Source: Enterobacteria phage phiC600P9
Reading direction: 5' to 3' (one strand)
Sequence record: MZ681930.1
DNA: 64,000 nt
Below the pieces are notes generated by a model. That model saw only the letters and a program-made list of their open reading frames with translations. It searched no databases and was not told where the DNA came from. The position numbers and the translations under genes were made by a program. This document shows positions 35,917 through 46,710 of the stretch, piece after piece (the stretch's first letter is position 1; each line of letters opens with the position of its first letter).

Positions 35917-36562
35917 TATTGCTAATTTGATTTAGAATTCTTTTTGCTTGAGTATGACTTACGCCAATATGCTTAGCATATTTAGATAATTCACCACGCT
36001 TAGAAAAATCATATAATTTAGAAATTTCTATTCTTCTTTTTCTTTCATCCGCAGAAACTTTTGCTTCGTTTGCTTTTGCTATTTTACGTTTAGCTTCTTG
36101 AGAATGATTTTTACCAGCAAAGCCATTCTTCATTAATCCATTTGAAGACCATCCTTTTAATTTTCCGTTAGAATGTGCCTTTTTAACACCCAATGAAATT
36201 AATTCGCGTTGCTGATCTGTCATAGGATAATTATTTATATGGTCCCATCCACCTTCTCCGCCAAGTTTTAAATTATACACATCTGGTCTATTTAAAAACT
36301 CTTCTGTGACAATATTTTTCTCGGCTTCAAGCATAGATTCTTTATCATCAAAATACTCTAATATTTCTTTAGAGAAATTTTCTATACCATACTTGTCTTG
36401 GGCTCTTTTTAATAATTTACCAGAACCCATATATCCATCATCTAAATTTTCGGTAGAATGCACACCAATATAAATTTTATTATTAATTTTATTTGTTATT
36501 TTATAAAGATAAAAATGCATATCAGTCCCTAATAAAGAACTGAGCGTCTCACGACGAGTCAT
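35912..36562 (-). CDS. segB: GIY-YIG homing endonuclease (SegB-like)
   Basis: 216 aa; GIY-YIG motif YLYKITNKINNKIYIGVHS ... GYMGSG; basic C-terminal DNA-binding region; located between the two tRNA subclusters as T4 segB. Confidence 0.85.
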   Translation of the reverse strand: MTRRETLSSLLGTDMHFYLYKITNKINNKIYIGVHSTENLDDGYMGSGKLLKRAQDKYGIENFSKEILEYFDDKESMLEAEKNIVTEEFLNRPDVYNLKLGGEGGWDHINNYPMTDQQRELISLGVKKAHSNGKLKGWSSNGLMKNGFAGKNHSQEAKRKIAKANEAKVSADERKRRIEISKLYDFSKRGELSKYAKHIGVSHTQAKRILNQISNI

Positions 36563-36566
36563 AAAT

Positions 36567-36640
<74 letters not shown>

Positions 36641-36645
36641 AAATT

Positions 36646-36732
36646 TGGTGCGAGAAGTGGGACTCGAACCCACAAGGAAATCATTCCGCAGCATTTTAAG
36701 TGCTGTGCCTTTACCAATTTGACCATTCTCGC
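36646..36732 (-). tRNA. tRNA-Leu (anticodon TAA), long variable arm
   Basis: 87 nt; acceptor GCGAGAA/TTCTCGC, anticodon stem CAGCA/TGCTG with loop CTTAAAA, CCA encoded. Confidence 0.85.
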
Positions 36733-36733
36733 G

Positions 36734-36806
36734 CTGGGAATAAAGGACTCGAACCTTTGCATCCTGGAATCAAAATCCAGTGCCTTACCAACTTGGCTAA
36801 TTCCCA
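36734..36806 (-). tRNA. tRNA-Gln (anticodon TTG)
   Basis: Acceptor TGGGAAT/ATTCCCA, anticodon stem CTGGA/TCCAG with loop TTTTGAT; 3' CCA not encoded. Confidence 0.8.
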
Positions 36807-36903
36807 ATTATTAACAAAGGCTCTCAAGCAAGAACCCTTGATGATAGAGGGTATTAATCAGTGCGATATGAGTTAATAATAACAAATAATTCTTAAAGCA
36901 TAT

Positions 36904-37191
36904 TTACCATTTATGATAATACATATTTACGATGCATTCAAGACCCAAAGGATTCTTGAAAATATCATATTCAAGAGGACCTTTTTCTGTTTCAATAAAG
37001 AAATCAAAATTTACTGTATTAAATTTACGGTCTTCCTTTACTAATTTAACCTGCGAAGATGAACGATCAATGTAAACCTTTTCAACTTCAAAACATGTTA
37101 AAATGCCATAATCATCAATCAAGGCTTTAGCCGCATCTTGATCATATTTATATCCATTTTCAACGGACGATACTTTCGCATAAAGAATCAT
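36904..37191 (-). CDS. Hypothetical protein
   Basis: Track ORF, 95 aa. Confidence 0.5.
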   Translation of the reverse strand: MILYAKVSSVENGYKYDQDAAKALIDDYGILTCFEVEKVYIDRSSSQVKLVKEDRKFNTVNFDFFIETEKGPLEYDIFKNPLGLECIVNMYYHKW

Positions 37192-37193
37192 TA

Positions 37194-37583
37194 TCAGCCT
37201 TCATCAACAATAGTATGCGTATTGGCATTTACGATTTGCCACCAATCAAAGCGATTAGAACCATAATCTGGTTTGTTTTCATTTTCTTTGATAATGTCAC
37301 GAAGTTCATCTTCAGTAGCGGCTTTCGCGATTAAATCAGCATATCCACCACGAGGATAATAATTATCACCTGCAAAAAGTAAAAAGTTTGGTTTAATGTT
37401 ATTGAACTCTTCAAGAGTAATAACTTTTCCTGACGGTTGAACAATCTCTACATATTTATACCCCAATTTTTGAGCAGCATCTACTGCTCCAAGCAAAGTA
37501 TCATGAGCCCATCCAATTTGACAACCTGGCTTTTCAGATGGATTAGCCTGATAATCCGCATACACTTTGTACATTCTATTCAC
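37194..37583 (-). CDS. Hypothetical protein
   Basis: Track ORF, 129 aa. Confidence 0.5.
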   Translation of the reverse strand: MNRMYKVYADYQANPSEKPGCQIGWAHDTLLGAVDAAQKLGYKYVEIVQPSGKVITLEEFNNIKPNFLLFAGDNYYPRGGYADLIAKAATEDELRDIIKENENKPDYGSNRFDWWQIVNANTHTIVDEG

Positions 37584-37761
37584 CTTTAGAAATTTTATCC
37601 ATAACGATAGCGATTAAACCAATTAAAAATGCTACTACAAGTGAAAACACATTTTCTGCTGTAGTTAATAATCCGCATATAAATCCAACAAACATTGAAA
37701 AACTAAAAGCGGAAGCAGAAATTGCAATAGCAACATTTCGAATTAATTCACAACGTTTCAT
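37576..37761 (-). CDS. Small membrane protein
   Basis: Track start 37821 is TTG inside the promoter; ATG 37761 has SD GAGGAGAA; hydrophobic core. Confidence 0.5.
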   Translation of the reverse strand: MKRCELIRNVAIAISASAFSFSMFVGFICGLLTTAENVFSLVVAFLIGLIAIVMDKISKGE

Positions 37762-37789
37762 TTTATTCTCCTCTGTAGTTGATAGGGTA

Positions 37790-37819
37790 ATAGTATCACT
37801 ACTAAAACCCCGTGTAAAC
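37790..37819 (-). promoter_or_regulatory. T4-type early promoter
   Basis: Minus-sense GTTTACA, 17 nt, GTGATACTAT; near-identical to the promoter at 38120..38149 including the upstream A/T tract. Confidence 0.6.
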
Positions 37820-37831
37820 AACTTTGTGAAA

Positions 37832-38089
37832 TTATTTTAAATCTTCTAATCGTTTCTTCATCTTAGAACCGTTCTTAGCGATTTCGCCTGCATCAGAGCA
37901 TAATGCTAAAAGCGCTTTAACTTTAGTTTGGTCTCCTTTAAAAGATGAAGGATCGACTGCAGCAGCAAGTTCTTTAATACGAGAGAAAAGACGCTCAGCT
38001 TCAGCTAAAGCCATTCCAAGCTTTACTTCCATACCATGAGAAGATTCAGTAATAGTAGTTTTTGTAGCAAACTCTTTGAAAGTTTTCAT
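37832..38089 (-). CDS. Internal-protein-like protein with capsid-targeting sequence (ipI locus)
   Basis: 85 aa; N-terminal MKTFKEFATKTTITESSHGME; occupies the position between 57B and the tRNA region where T4 has ipI; ATG verified. Confidence 0.6.
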   Translation of the reverse strand: MKTFKEFATKTTITESSHGMEVKLGMALAEAERLFSRIKELAAAVDPSSFKGDQTKVKALLALCSDAGEIAKNGSKMKKRLEDLK

Positions 38090-38119
38090 TTTATTTTCCT
38101 AATTAATTTTGATGAGGTA

Positions 38120-38149
38120 ATAGTATCACTACCTCATCAGTATGTAAAC
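38120..38149 (-). promoter_or_regulatory. T4-type early promoter
   Basis: Minus-sense GTTTACA, 17 nt, GTGATACTAT, 31 nt upstream of the ipI-locus gene. Confidence 0.6.
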
Positions 38150-38161
38150 AACTTTATGAAA

Positions 38162-38858
<697 letters not shown>

Positions 38859-38859
<1 letters not shown>

Positions 38860-39584
38860 TATAGTACCTTTAGTGTATTTTTAATTTTAGAAAAAAGTTC
38901 TTCAAGAGAACCATCGTTTGTAATTACTAAATCGCCATCACGAATTGGCAATCCAGCTTCTGTAATATGAGTATCATTGGATTTTTGACCAGGACGAACT
39001 ACATGAATTACTGTAGCACCCATCGCCCTAGCCGCATCCATTTCATGATCTTGACGAGTATCAGGAACGATATAATAATCATAACCTGAGTTAAATTTAT
39101 CAAGATAATCTAAAGCAAATAATTTTACCCAATACATGCGGTCGAAGTTATTAACAATCAAATCCGTACCTAGGGCTTGCATCAGACGACGGACTGACCA
39201 TTGATCTTCAATATTATTTATAACGTCAATAATCTTATTAAATGCTACGGAATTAACTGATTCTTGTCCTTCGTCATCAAAAACACACACACCTTTAATT
39301 GGGCTTTTACCGTTAAGATAGCAAAATGCTTGTTCCATAATCGTGATTACTTCTGATTTAGTCAGATTTAAATCAGTCTCACGATCATAGTCAATTCCTT
39401 CAAACTCCTTACGAGTTAAGCAAGGATAGTCAGTGTTTGCTGCGAATACGCCCCATGCATAAGCCAATGCATCTTTAATAGGACCAGCAAGTTGATATTT
39501 AACTGCAGAATAATTATTCATGATAAAATCTGCAGTAGTATCTTTTCCACTACGCTTTACACCACTTAAAAAGATTAGTTTCAT
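38859..39584 (-). CDS. 1: Deoxynucleoside monophosphate kinase
   Basis: 241 aa; P-loop GVKRSGKDT; length and sequence match T4 gp1. Confidence 0.92.
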
Positions 39585-39633
39585 ATGTTTCTCCTCAAAT
39601 TTAGTTAAGATTATAACACATGAAACTGAAGCA

Positions 39634-40164
39634 TTAAACTTCTGCTATAATTTTACCATCTTTTTCTACTTGAAAATACGTATAAGGAATCGTTGCTGTA
39701 CATACTAAAGCTGGGTCTGAATCTTCCGTGTAGCTAAATTCTACTTCAGACAGGTCAGAAACCCAAGGCTTATAAAAATTTATTGACATCACGATTTCAG
39801 TTTTACTGTTGTCTAAAATGTAAAGCGTAATGTATTCAGGACCTGTTTTTTGGGCAGTATTTTCGCCTGTAAGATAGTTACTAGTTCCTAGCATCCATTC
39901 ATACATTCCTATCCACGACTTAAGCTCTTCATCAACTATAAATCTCACGATGAGTGGATCGTACTCAAATGTAACTCCTGGACGCTGTGCTCGGCCTAGT
40001 CCAAACGGCCCAGTCACGGTATCAGTAACAGGTATCCTAATTCCCGGAATAGGAACTGACTGAGCATTTAAAGTAAAAGCAGATGTAGTATTACTATGCG
40101 GTATTGATACTACAAAGTTAGTTGTATTTGCTTGGTTAAAAATTTGTTGTAGTGCTTGCGACAT
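39634..40164 (-). CDS. 3: Tail completion and sheath stabilizer protein gp3
   Basis: Track start 40245 is TTG; ATG 40164 gives 176 aa, the T4 gp3 length. Confidence 0.8.
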   Translation of the reverse strand: MSQALQQIFNQANTTNFVVSIPHSNTTSAFTLNAQSVPIPGIRIPVTDTVTGPFGLGRAQRPGVTFEYDPLIVRFIVDEELKSWIGMYEWMLGTSNYLTGENTAQKTGPEYITLYILDNSKTEIVMSINFYKPWVSDLSEVEFSYTEDSDPALVCTATIPYTYFQVEKDGKIIAEV

Positions 40165-40270
40165 ATATTCCTCATAATGCTTTATAAATGTTGGTGGTAT
40201 AATGGGTCTAAGTCCCTTCCATTCAATTCCAATTAGAACAAACAATAGAAAAGAATGGAAGATAATAGAA

Positions 40271-41095
40271 TTAGATATTTGACCAGACTTTGTTTGCAGA
40301 GAAACGTTTTCCTTTTGAAACGAACTGCTGAAGTGGCATTAACACAACGTTCGCCCAGTCTTTCGGGGCGATTTCAACAAGGCTACCCATAATATTACCA
40401 GGTATATATGCCTTAATCATTTGATCTGCACCCCTAAATCCTTTCACTTGACTCCAATCAATTTTTAATTTCGTTTTATTAGTAATAGTAGGTGTATTTG
40501 AATATTGCTTTAAAAGCTCTTCTAGGAATTGCTGACGAGCTTTAGGTGGAATATAGTGCAAGTTTAATCCGTACATTAAATTATGCTTACCTAAACCAAG
40601 GTAAATTATCAAAGGAAATTTATCCCAGTAAGGAAGAGTTTCCTTGTGTTTAGCATCATAAGCAAAAGCATATATTCGTCCCGGCTGCGGGCGAACAACT
40701 TTATGTCCTTTTACTTGCTTAATAGTTTCAGCAAACCATTTTCTAGTTTTATTATTAATTGCTGCGCCTTCATTACGAATTTTATCACGCAATGTTTGTC
40801 TGAATGAATTTATCATAAGCAGTTGTCTTTCTTGCTTATTGAGTTTATTCATTGGTTTTGATTCAAGCTTTTGAATCTTTTCAGCTGTTTTAATTCCTGA
40901 AGCATATTTTGACATTGCTGAAGTAAACGTAGAGTATTTAATTCCTCTTTCTTCAGCAAATTGCTTTCCTGTCATTCCTTTTGCTTTGGCCTTTTTATAT
41001 TCAAGACCTATCTGAATCCATTTCTTTTCGTTTAATGATTGCTTAACCTTTGGAACTTGGGGAGTGCTTTCATTAATTATTTGAAAAATAGCCAT
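40271..41095 (-). CDS. 2: DNA end protector protein gp2
   Basis: 274 aa, the T4 gp2 length; start overlaps the gp4 stop. Confidence 0.85.
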   Translation of the reverse strand: MAIFQIINESTPQVPKVKQSLNEKKWIQIGLEYKKAKAKGMTGKQFAEERGIKYSTFTSAMSKYASGIKTAEKIQKLESKPMNKLNKQERQLLMINSFRQTLRDKIRNEGAAINNKTRKWFAETIKQVKGHKVVRPQPGRIYAFAYDAKHKETLPYWDKFPLIIYLGLGKHNLMYGLNLHYIPPKARQQFLEELLKQYSNTPTITNKTKLKIDWSQVKGFRGADQMIKAYIPGNIMGSLVEIAPKDWANVVLMPLQQFVSKGKRFSANKVWSNI

Positions 41096-41547
41096 TATGC
41101 CCCCTTAAAGCCAAGAGCTCGTAATCCATCTTCTGTTAGAATTCTAAATTTTATTCCACGCTTTTCAGCTAAAGATTGTGCTGCTTTCCATTTATCAGTG
41201 TTCACAGACCAGGTATAAATTTCATTCATAAATCTTTTCTTCGCTGCGGTCGTTAGATGTGCTGGTTTAACTGGTGGTTGTGTTTCTTTTTTAGGTTTTA
41301 TTTCAATAAAAAATTCTTGTCCAGAAGAATCTTTCATCCAAATATCCATGAAGTATCTACGTTTTTTCCCTTCTGCATTACAAAAATAAGGAATTACTGC
41401 TGTTTCACTACCCCATGCAATAATTTCTGGATTTTTATCTAACCATTCAAAAAAGAATTTTTCCCAATTTGATCTATACGTAATTTTTTTAGGGTCACCT
41501 CTATACTTTGATATATTTTTAGGAACCCATTTTCCAGAATATGCCAT
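41095..41547 (-). CDS. 4: Head completion protein gp4
   Basis: 150 aa, the T4 gp4 length; late promoter directly upstream. Confidence 0.85.
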   Translation of the reverse strand: MAYSGKWVPKNISKYRGDPKKITYRSNWEKFFFEWLDKNPEIIAWGSETAVIPYFCNAEGKKRRYFMDIWMKDSSGQEFFIEIKPKKETQPPVKPAHLTTAAKKRFMNEIYTWSVNTDKWKAAQSLAEKRGIKFRILTEDGLRALGFKGA

Positions 41548-41558
41548 TGGATTCTCCT

Positions 41559-41566
41559 TATAAATA
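41559..41566 (+). promoter_or_regulatory. Late promoter TATAAATA for gene 53
   Basis: Exact TATAAATA on the plus strand 29 nt upstream of the gene 53 ATG; divergent with the gene 4 promoter. Confidence 0.65.
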
Positions 41567-41573
41567 GATAATA

Positions 41574-41581
41574 TATTTATA
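41574..41581 (-). promoter_or_regulatory. Late promoter TATAAATA for gene 4
   Basis: Exact TATAAATA on the minus strand 27 nt upstream of the gene 4 ATG. Confidence 0.65.
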
Positions 41582-41594
41582 AACAGGAGGGCCC

Positions 41595-42185
41595 ATGCTC
41601 TTTACATTTTTTGATCCGATTGAATATGCGGCCAAAACGGTGAATAAAAACGCGCCGACTATTCCTATGACAGATATTTTTAGAAACTATAAAGACTATT
41701 TTAAACGCGCTCTTGTGGGATACCGCTTACGTACTTATTATATTAAAGGTTCACCACGCCCGGAAGAATTAGCAAATGCTATATATGGAAATCCACAGCT
41801 GTATTGGGTTTTATTGATGTGTAATGATAATTATGACCCGTATTATGGATGGATTACTTCGCAAGAAGCTGCTTATCAAGCATCTATACAAAAATACAAA
41901 AACGTAGGTGGAGACCAAATAGTATATCATGTGAATGAGAACGGTGAAAAATTTTATAATTTAATATCATACGATGATAATCCATATGTTTGGTATGACA
42001 AAGGCGATAAAGCCAGAAAATATCCTCAATATGAAGGAGCACTTGCTGCGGTCGATACGTATGAAGCTGCTGTTCTTGAAAATGAAAAACTTCGTCAAAT
42101 AAAAATAATAGCAAAATCAGACATTAATTCATTTATGAACGACCTTATACGTATAATGGAGAAATCTTATGGAAATGATAAGTAA
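41595..42185 (+). CDS. 53: Baseplate wedge protein gp53
   Basis: 196 aa, the T4 gp53 length; SD AGGAGG. Confidence 0.88.
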   Translation: MLFTFFDPIEYAAKTVNKNAPTIPMTDIFRNYKDYFKRALVGYRLRTYYIKGSPRPEELANAIYGNPQLYWVLLMCNDNYDPYYGWITSQEAAYQASIQKYKNVGGDQIVYHVNENGEKFYNLISYDDNPYVWYDKGDKARKYPQYEGALAAVDTYEAAVLENEKLRQIKIIAKSDINSFMNDLIRIMEKSYGNDK

Positions 42186-43896
42186 TAACCTTAATTGGTT
42201 TGTTGGTGTTGTTGAAGATAGAATGGACCCATTAAAATTAGGTCGTGTTCGTGTTCGTGTGGTTGGTCTGCATCCACCTCAAAGAGCACAAGGCGACGTA
42301 ATAGGTATTCCAACTGATAAATTACCATGGATGTCAGTTATTCAACCTATAACTTCTGCAGCAATGTCTGGAATTGGAGGCTCCGTTACTGGTCCGGTAG
42401 AAGGAACTAGAGTTTATGGTCATTTTTTAGACAAATGGAAAACTAACGGAATTGTCCTTGGCACGTATGGTGGGATAGTTCGCGAAAAACCTAATAGACT
42501 TGAAGGATTTTCTGACCCAACTGGACAGTATCCTAGACGTCTAGGAAATGATACTAACGTATTAAACCAAGGCGGAGAAGTAGGATATGATTCGTCTTCT
42601 AACATTATCCAAGACAGTAATTTAGATACTGCAATAAATCCAGATGATAGACCGCTATCAGAAATTCCAACTGATGATAATCCAAATATGTCAATGGCTG
42701 AAATGCTTCGCCGTGATGAAGGATTAAGACTAAAAGTTTATTGGGATACTGAAGGATATCCGACAATTGGTATTGGTCATCTTATCATGAAGCAGCCAGT
42801 TCGTGATATGGCCCAAATTAATAAAGTTTTATCAAAACAAGTTGGTCGTGAAATTACCGGAAATCCAGGTTCTATTACAATGGAAGAAGCGGTAACTTTA
42901 TTTGAACGTGATTTGGCTGATATGCAACGTGACATTAAATCACATTCTAAAGTTGGCCCAGTTTGGCAGGCAGTTAATCGTTCTCGTCAAATGGCATTAG
43001 AAAATATGGCATTTCAGATGGGCGTTGGCGGTGTAGCTAAATTTAACACAATGTTAACTGCTATGTTAGCCGGAGATTGGGAAAAAGCATATAAAGCCGG
43101 TCGTGATTCATTGTGGTATCAACAAACAAAAGGCCGTGCATCCCGTGTTACCATGATTATTCTTACGGGGAATTTGGAATCATATGGTGTTGAAGTGAAA
43201 ACTCCGGCTAGGTCTTTATCGGCAATGGCTGCGACTGTAGCTAAATCTTCTGACCCTGCTGACCCTCCTATTCCAAATGACTCGAGAATTTTATTCAAAG
43301 AACCAGTTTCTTCATATAAAGGTGAATATCCTTATGTGCATACAATGGAAACTGAAAGCGGACATATTCAGGAATTTGATGATACCCCTGGGCAAGAACG
43401 ATACAGATTAGTTCATCCAACTGGAACTTATGAAGAAGTATCACCGTCAGGGAGAAGAACAAGAAAAACTGTTGATAATTTGTATGATATAACCAACGCT
43501 GATGGTAATTTTTTGGTAGCCGGTGATAAAAAGACTAACGTCGGTGGATCAGAAATTTATTACAACATGGATAATCGTCTTCACCAAATAGATGGAAGCA
43601 ATACAATATTTGTACGTGGCGATGAAACTAAGACGGTTGAAGGTAATGGAACTATCCTAGTCAAAGGTAATGTTACTATTGTAGTTGAAGGTAATGCTGA
43701 CATTACAGTTAAAGGAGATGCTACCACTTTAGTTGAAGGAAATCAAACTAACACAGTAAATGGAAATCTTTCTTGGAAAGTTGCTGGGACAGTTGATTGG
43801 GACGTTGGTGGTGATTGGACAGAAAAAATGGCATCTATGAGTTCTATTTCATCTGGTCAATACACAATTGATGGATCGAGGATTGACATTGGCTAA
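42169..43896 (+). CDS. 5: Baseplate hub and tail lysozyme gp5
   Basis: 575 aa; central lysozyme domain homologous to e (MLRRDEGLRLKVYWDTEGYPTIGIGHL); C-terminal beta-helix repeats (VEGN..., VKGD...). Confidence 0.95.
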   Translation: MEMISNNLNWFVGVVEDRMDPLKLGRVRVRVVGLHPPQRAQGDVIGIPTDKLPWMSVIQPITSAAMSGIGGSVTGPVEGTRVYGHFLDKWKTNGIVLGTYGGIVREKPNRLEGFSDPTGQYPRRLGNDTNVLNQGGEVGYDSSSNIIQDSNLDTAINPDDRPLSEIPTDDNPNMSMAEMLRRDEGLRLKVYWDTEGYPTIGIGHLIMKQPVRDMAQINKVLSKQVGREITGNPGSITMEEAVTLFERDLADMQRDIKSHSKVGPVWQAVNRSRQMALENMAFQMGVGGVAKFNTMLTAMLAGDWEKAYKAGRDSLWYQQTKGRASRVTMIILTGNLESYGVEVKTPARSLSAMAATVAKSSDPADPPIPNDSRILFKEPVSSYKGEYPYVHTMETESGHIQEFDDTPGQERYRLVHPTGTYEEVSPSGRRTRKTVDNLYDITNADGNFLVAGDKKTNVGGSEIYYNMDNRLHQIDGSNTIFVRGDETKTVEGNGTILVKGNVTIVVEGNADITVKGDATTLVEGNQTNTVNGNLSWKVAGTVDWDVGGDWTEKMASMSSISSGQYTIDGSRIDIG

Positions 43897-43930
43897 TATA
43901 CTTCCAATGAGCGCTGATTTAGGAGAATCC

Positions 43931-44425
43931 ATGGAAGGTTCTTCTATCGACGTCACCTTTACCGCTCAATTAGAAACAGGTGAAACGTTAGTATCTATAA
44001 ATATAACTAGTTACGAAGAAACTCCTGGGGTTTTAGTAGAAGAAAATCGTTTATATGGAACGTATGAATCTGTATTTGGATTTGGAAATGATGCGTTGAA
44101 ATATCGTTTAGATAATGAATTTAAAACCGCTGCTTCATGGGAAGACCTTCCAACTGATTCTAATACTCAGTTATATCTATGGAAAGCTCCTCAAAACCTC
44201 CAGAAGACATTCACTTACGAAGTAACATTAATATATGACTACCAAGAACAAAGCGAATCTGGAGGTTCTGGCAGTAATTCTAGGTCATCTTCTGATACTA
44301 CTGAACCGACGAATCCTCCAGCTCCAATAAGAAAAACTCTTGTTAAAAATTACACAAAAACTATAGTTGGAAATTGGAGTCGTTGGGCTAATAAATTGAG
44401 AAGCTATGTGTATGAGAGGCCATAA
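43931..44425 (+). CDS. 5.1: gp5.1-like protein
   Basis: Track start 43868 is TTG inside gp5; ATG 43931 has strong SD AGGAG; alternative ATGs at 43871 and 43907. Confidence 0.55.
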
Positions 44426-44719
44426 ATGTCAGGATTAAGCTATGATAAGTGTGTTACTGCTGGCCATGAAGCGTGGCCTCCAACAGTTGTGAATGCCACA
44501 CAAAGTAAAGTATTCACCGGAGGAATTGCTGTTCTCGTAGCAGGTGATCCAATTACAGAACATACAGAAATTAAAAAGCCATATGAAACACATGGCGGAG
44601 TGACACAACCTAGAACTTCTAAGGTATATGTCACTGGAAAGAAAGCTGTTCAAATGGCTGATCCAATATCATGCGGTGATACTGTGGCTCAGGCATCATC
44701 TAAAGTATTCATTAAATAG
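44426..44719 (+). CDS. 5.4: Baseplate spike tip protein gp5.4 (PAAR-like)
   Basis: 97 aa; position between 5.1 and 6; T4 gp5.4-like. Confidence 0.8.
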
Positions 44720-44727
44720 GATTTAAA

Positions 44728-46710
44728 ATGGCAAATACCCCTGTAAATTATCAATTAACAAGAACAGCAAATGCTATTCCCGAGATATTCGTCGGGGGTA
44801 CGTTTGCTGAAATAAAACAAAACCTCATTGAATGGCTTAATGGCCAAAATGAATTTTTGGATTATGATTTTGAAGGCTCAAGATTAAACGTTCTGTGTGA
44901 CCTTTTGGCTTATAATACGTTGTACATTCAGCAGTTTGGTAATGCTGCTGTGTATGAAAGCTTTATGCGTACTGCTAATTTGCGTAGTTCAGTAGTTCAA
45001 GCTGCACAAGATAATGGATATTTACCTACTTCAAAATCAGCTGCTCAAACTGAAATTATGCTAACTTGTACAGACGCATTGAATAGAAATTACATTACTA
45101 TTCCTCGCGGTACTCGCTTTTTAGCATATGCAAAGGATACTTCCGTTAATCCTTACAACTTTGTATCTACCGAAGATGTTATTGCTATTCGCGATAAAAA
45201 TAACCAATATTTTCCGCGTTTAAAATTAGCCCAGGGACGTATAGTAAGAACTGAAATCATTTATGATAAATTAACACCTATTATCATTTATGACAAAAAT
45301 ATAGATAGAAACCAAGTTAAACTATACGTTGATGGAGCAGAATGGATTAACTGGACAAGAAAGTCAATGGTTCATGCTGGTTCTACATCAACAATTTACT
45401 ACATGCGTGAAACTATTGATGGAAATACCGAGTTTTATTTTGGTGAAGGCGAGATTTCTGTTAATGCGGCAGAAGGAGCATTGACTGCTAATTATATTGG
45501 AGGTCTTAAACCTACCCAGAACTCTACGATTGTTATTGAGTACATCAGTACTAACGGTGCAGATGCGAATGGTGCAGTCGGATTTTCATATGCAGATACA
45601 TTAACAAATATAACTGTCATCAATATTAATGAAAACCCAAACGATGACCCAGATTTTGTTGGGGCAGATGGCGGCGGTGATCCAGAAGATATTGAACGTA
45701 TTCGCGAATTGGGTACTATTAAACGCGAAACCCAGCAACGCTGCGTAACTGCGACTGACTACGATACATTTGTTTCAGAGAGATTTGGTTCTATTATTCA
45801 AGCTGTTCAGACTTTCACTGATTCTACTAAACCTGGGTATGCATTTATTGCTGCTAAACCTAAATCAGGATTGTATTTAACTACTGTGCAACGTGAAGAT
45901 ATTAAAAATTATCTCAAAGACTATAATTTAGCTCCTATTACGCCATCAATTATTTCTCCTAATTATCTTTTTATTAAGACTAATTTAAAAGTCACATATG
46001 CTTTAAATAAACTGCAAGAATCCGAGCAGTGGCTCGAAGGTCAAATAATTGATAAAATTGATCGTTATTATACCGAAGATGTAGAAATTTTTAACTCGTC
46101 TTTTGCTAAGTCTAAGATGTTGACATATGTAGATGATGCAGATCATTCTATCATTGGTTCATCAGCGACAATTCAAATTGTTCGTGAAGTACAAAACTTC
46201 TATAAAACGCCTGAAGCGGGTATTAAATACAATAATCAAATAAAAGATCGTTCTATGGAATCTAATACGTTTTCATTTAATTCTGGACGAAAGGTTGTAA
46301 ATCCTGATACTGGTTTAGAAGAAGATGTATTATATGACGTTCGCATAGTATCAACAGACCGAGATTCTAAAGGAATTGGTAAAGTTATTATTGGTCCATT
46401 TGCTTCTGGCGATGTTACAGAAAATGAAAACATTCAGCCGTATACAGGCAATGATTTTAACAAATTAGCAAATTCTGATGGACGCGACAAATACTATGTT
46501 ATCGGTGAAATAAATTATCCAGCTGATGTGATTTATTGGAATATCGCTAAAATTAATTTAACATCTGAAAAATTTGAAGTTCAGACTATTGAATTATATT
46601 CTGACCCAACCGATGATGTTATCTTTACTCGCGATGGTTCACTGATTGTATTTGAAAATGACTTACGTCCACAATACTTAACTATCGATTTGGAGCCTAT
46701 ATCACAATGA
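44728..46710 (+). CDS. 6: Baseplate wedge protein gp6
   Basis: 660 aa, the T4 gp6 length. Confidence 0.92.
   Translation: MANTPVNYQLTRTANAIPEIFVGGTFAEIKQNLIEWLNGQNEFLDYDFEGSRLNVLCDLLAYNTLYIQQFGNAAVYESFMRTANLRSSVVQAAQDNGYLPTSKSAAQTEIMLTCTDALNRNYITIPRGTRFLAYAKDTSVNPYNFVSTEDVIAIRDKNNQYFPRLKLAQGRIVRTEIIYDKLTPIIIYDKNIDRNQVKLYVDGAEWINWTRKSMVHAGSTSTIYYMRETIDGNTEFYFGEGEISVNAAEGALTANYIGGLKPTQNSTIVIEYISTNGADANGAVGFSYADTLTNITVININENPNDDPDFVGADGGGDPEDIERIRELGTIKRETQQRCVTATDYDTFVSERFGSIIQAVQTFTDSTKPGYAFIAAKPKSGLYLTTVQREDIKNYLKDYNLAPITPSIISPNYLFIKTNLKVTYALNKLQESEQWLEGQIIDKIDRYYTEDVEIFNSSFAKSKMLTYVDDADHSIIGSSATIQIVREVQNFYKTPEAGIKYNNQIKDRSMESNTFSFNSGRKVVNPDTGLEEDVLYDVRIVSTDRDSKGIGKVIIGPFASGDVTENENIQPYTGNDFNKLANSDGRDKYYVIGEINYPADVIYWNIAKINLTSEKFEVQTIELYSDPTDDVIFTRDGSLIVFENDLRPQYLTIDLEPISQ

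Noticed and set aside
36807-36831. MotA-box-like TTGCTTGA with a downstream AATAAT upstream of tRNA-Gln
   Set aside because: The implied transcription start would fall inside the tRNA, leaving no leader for 5' processing; the tRNAs are more likely read from the early promoter at 37790..37819.
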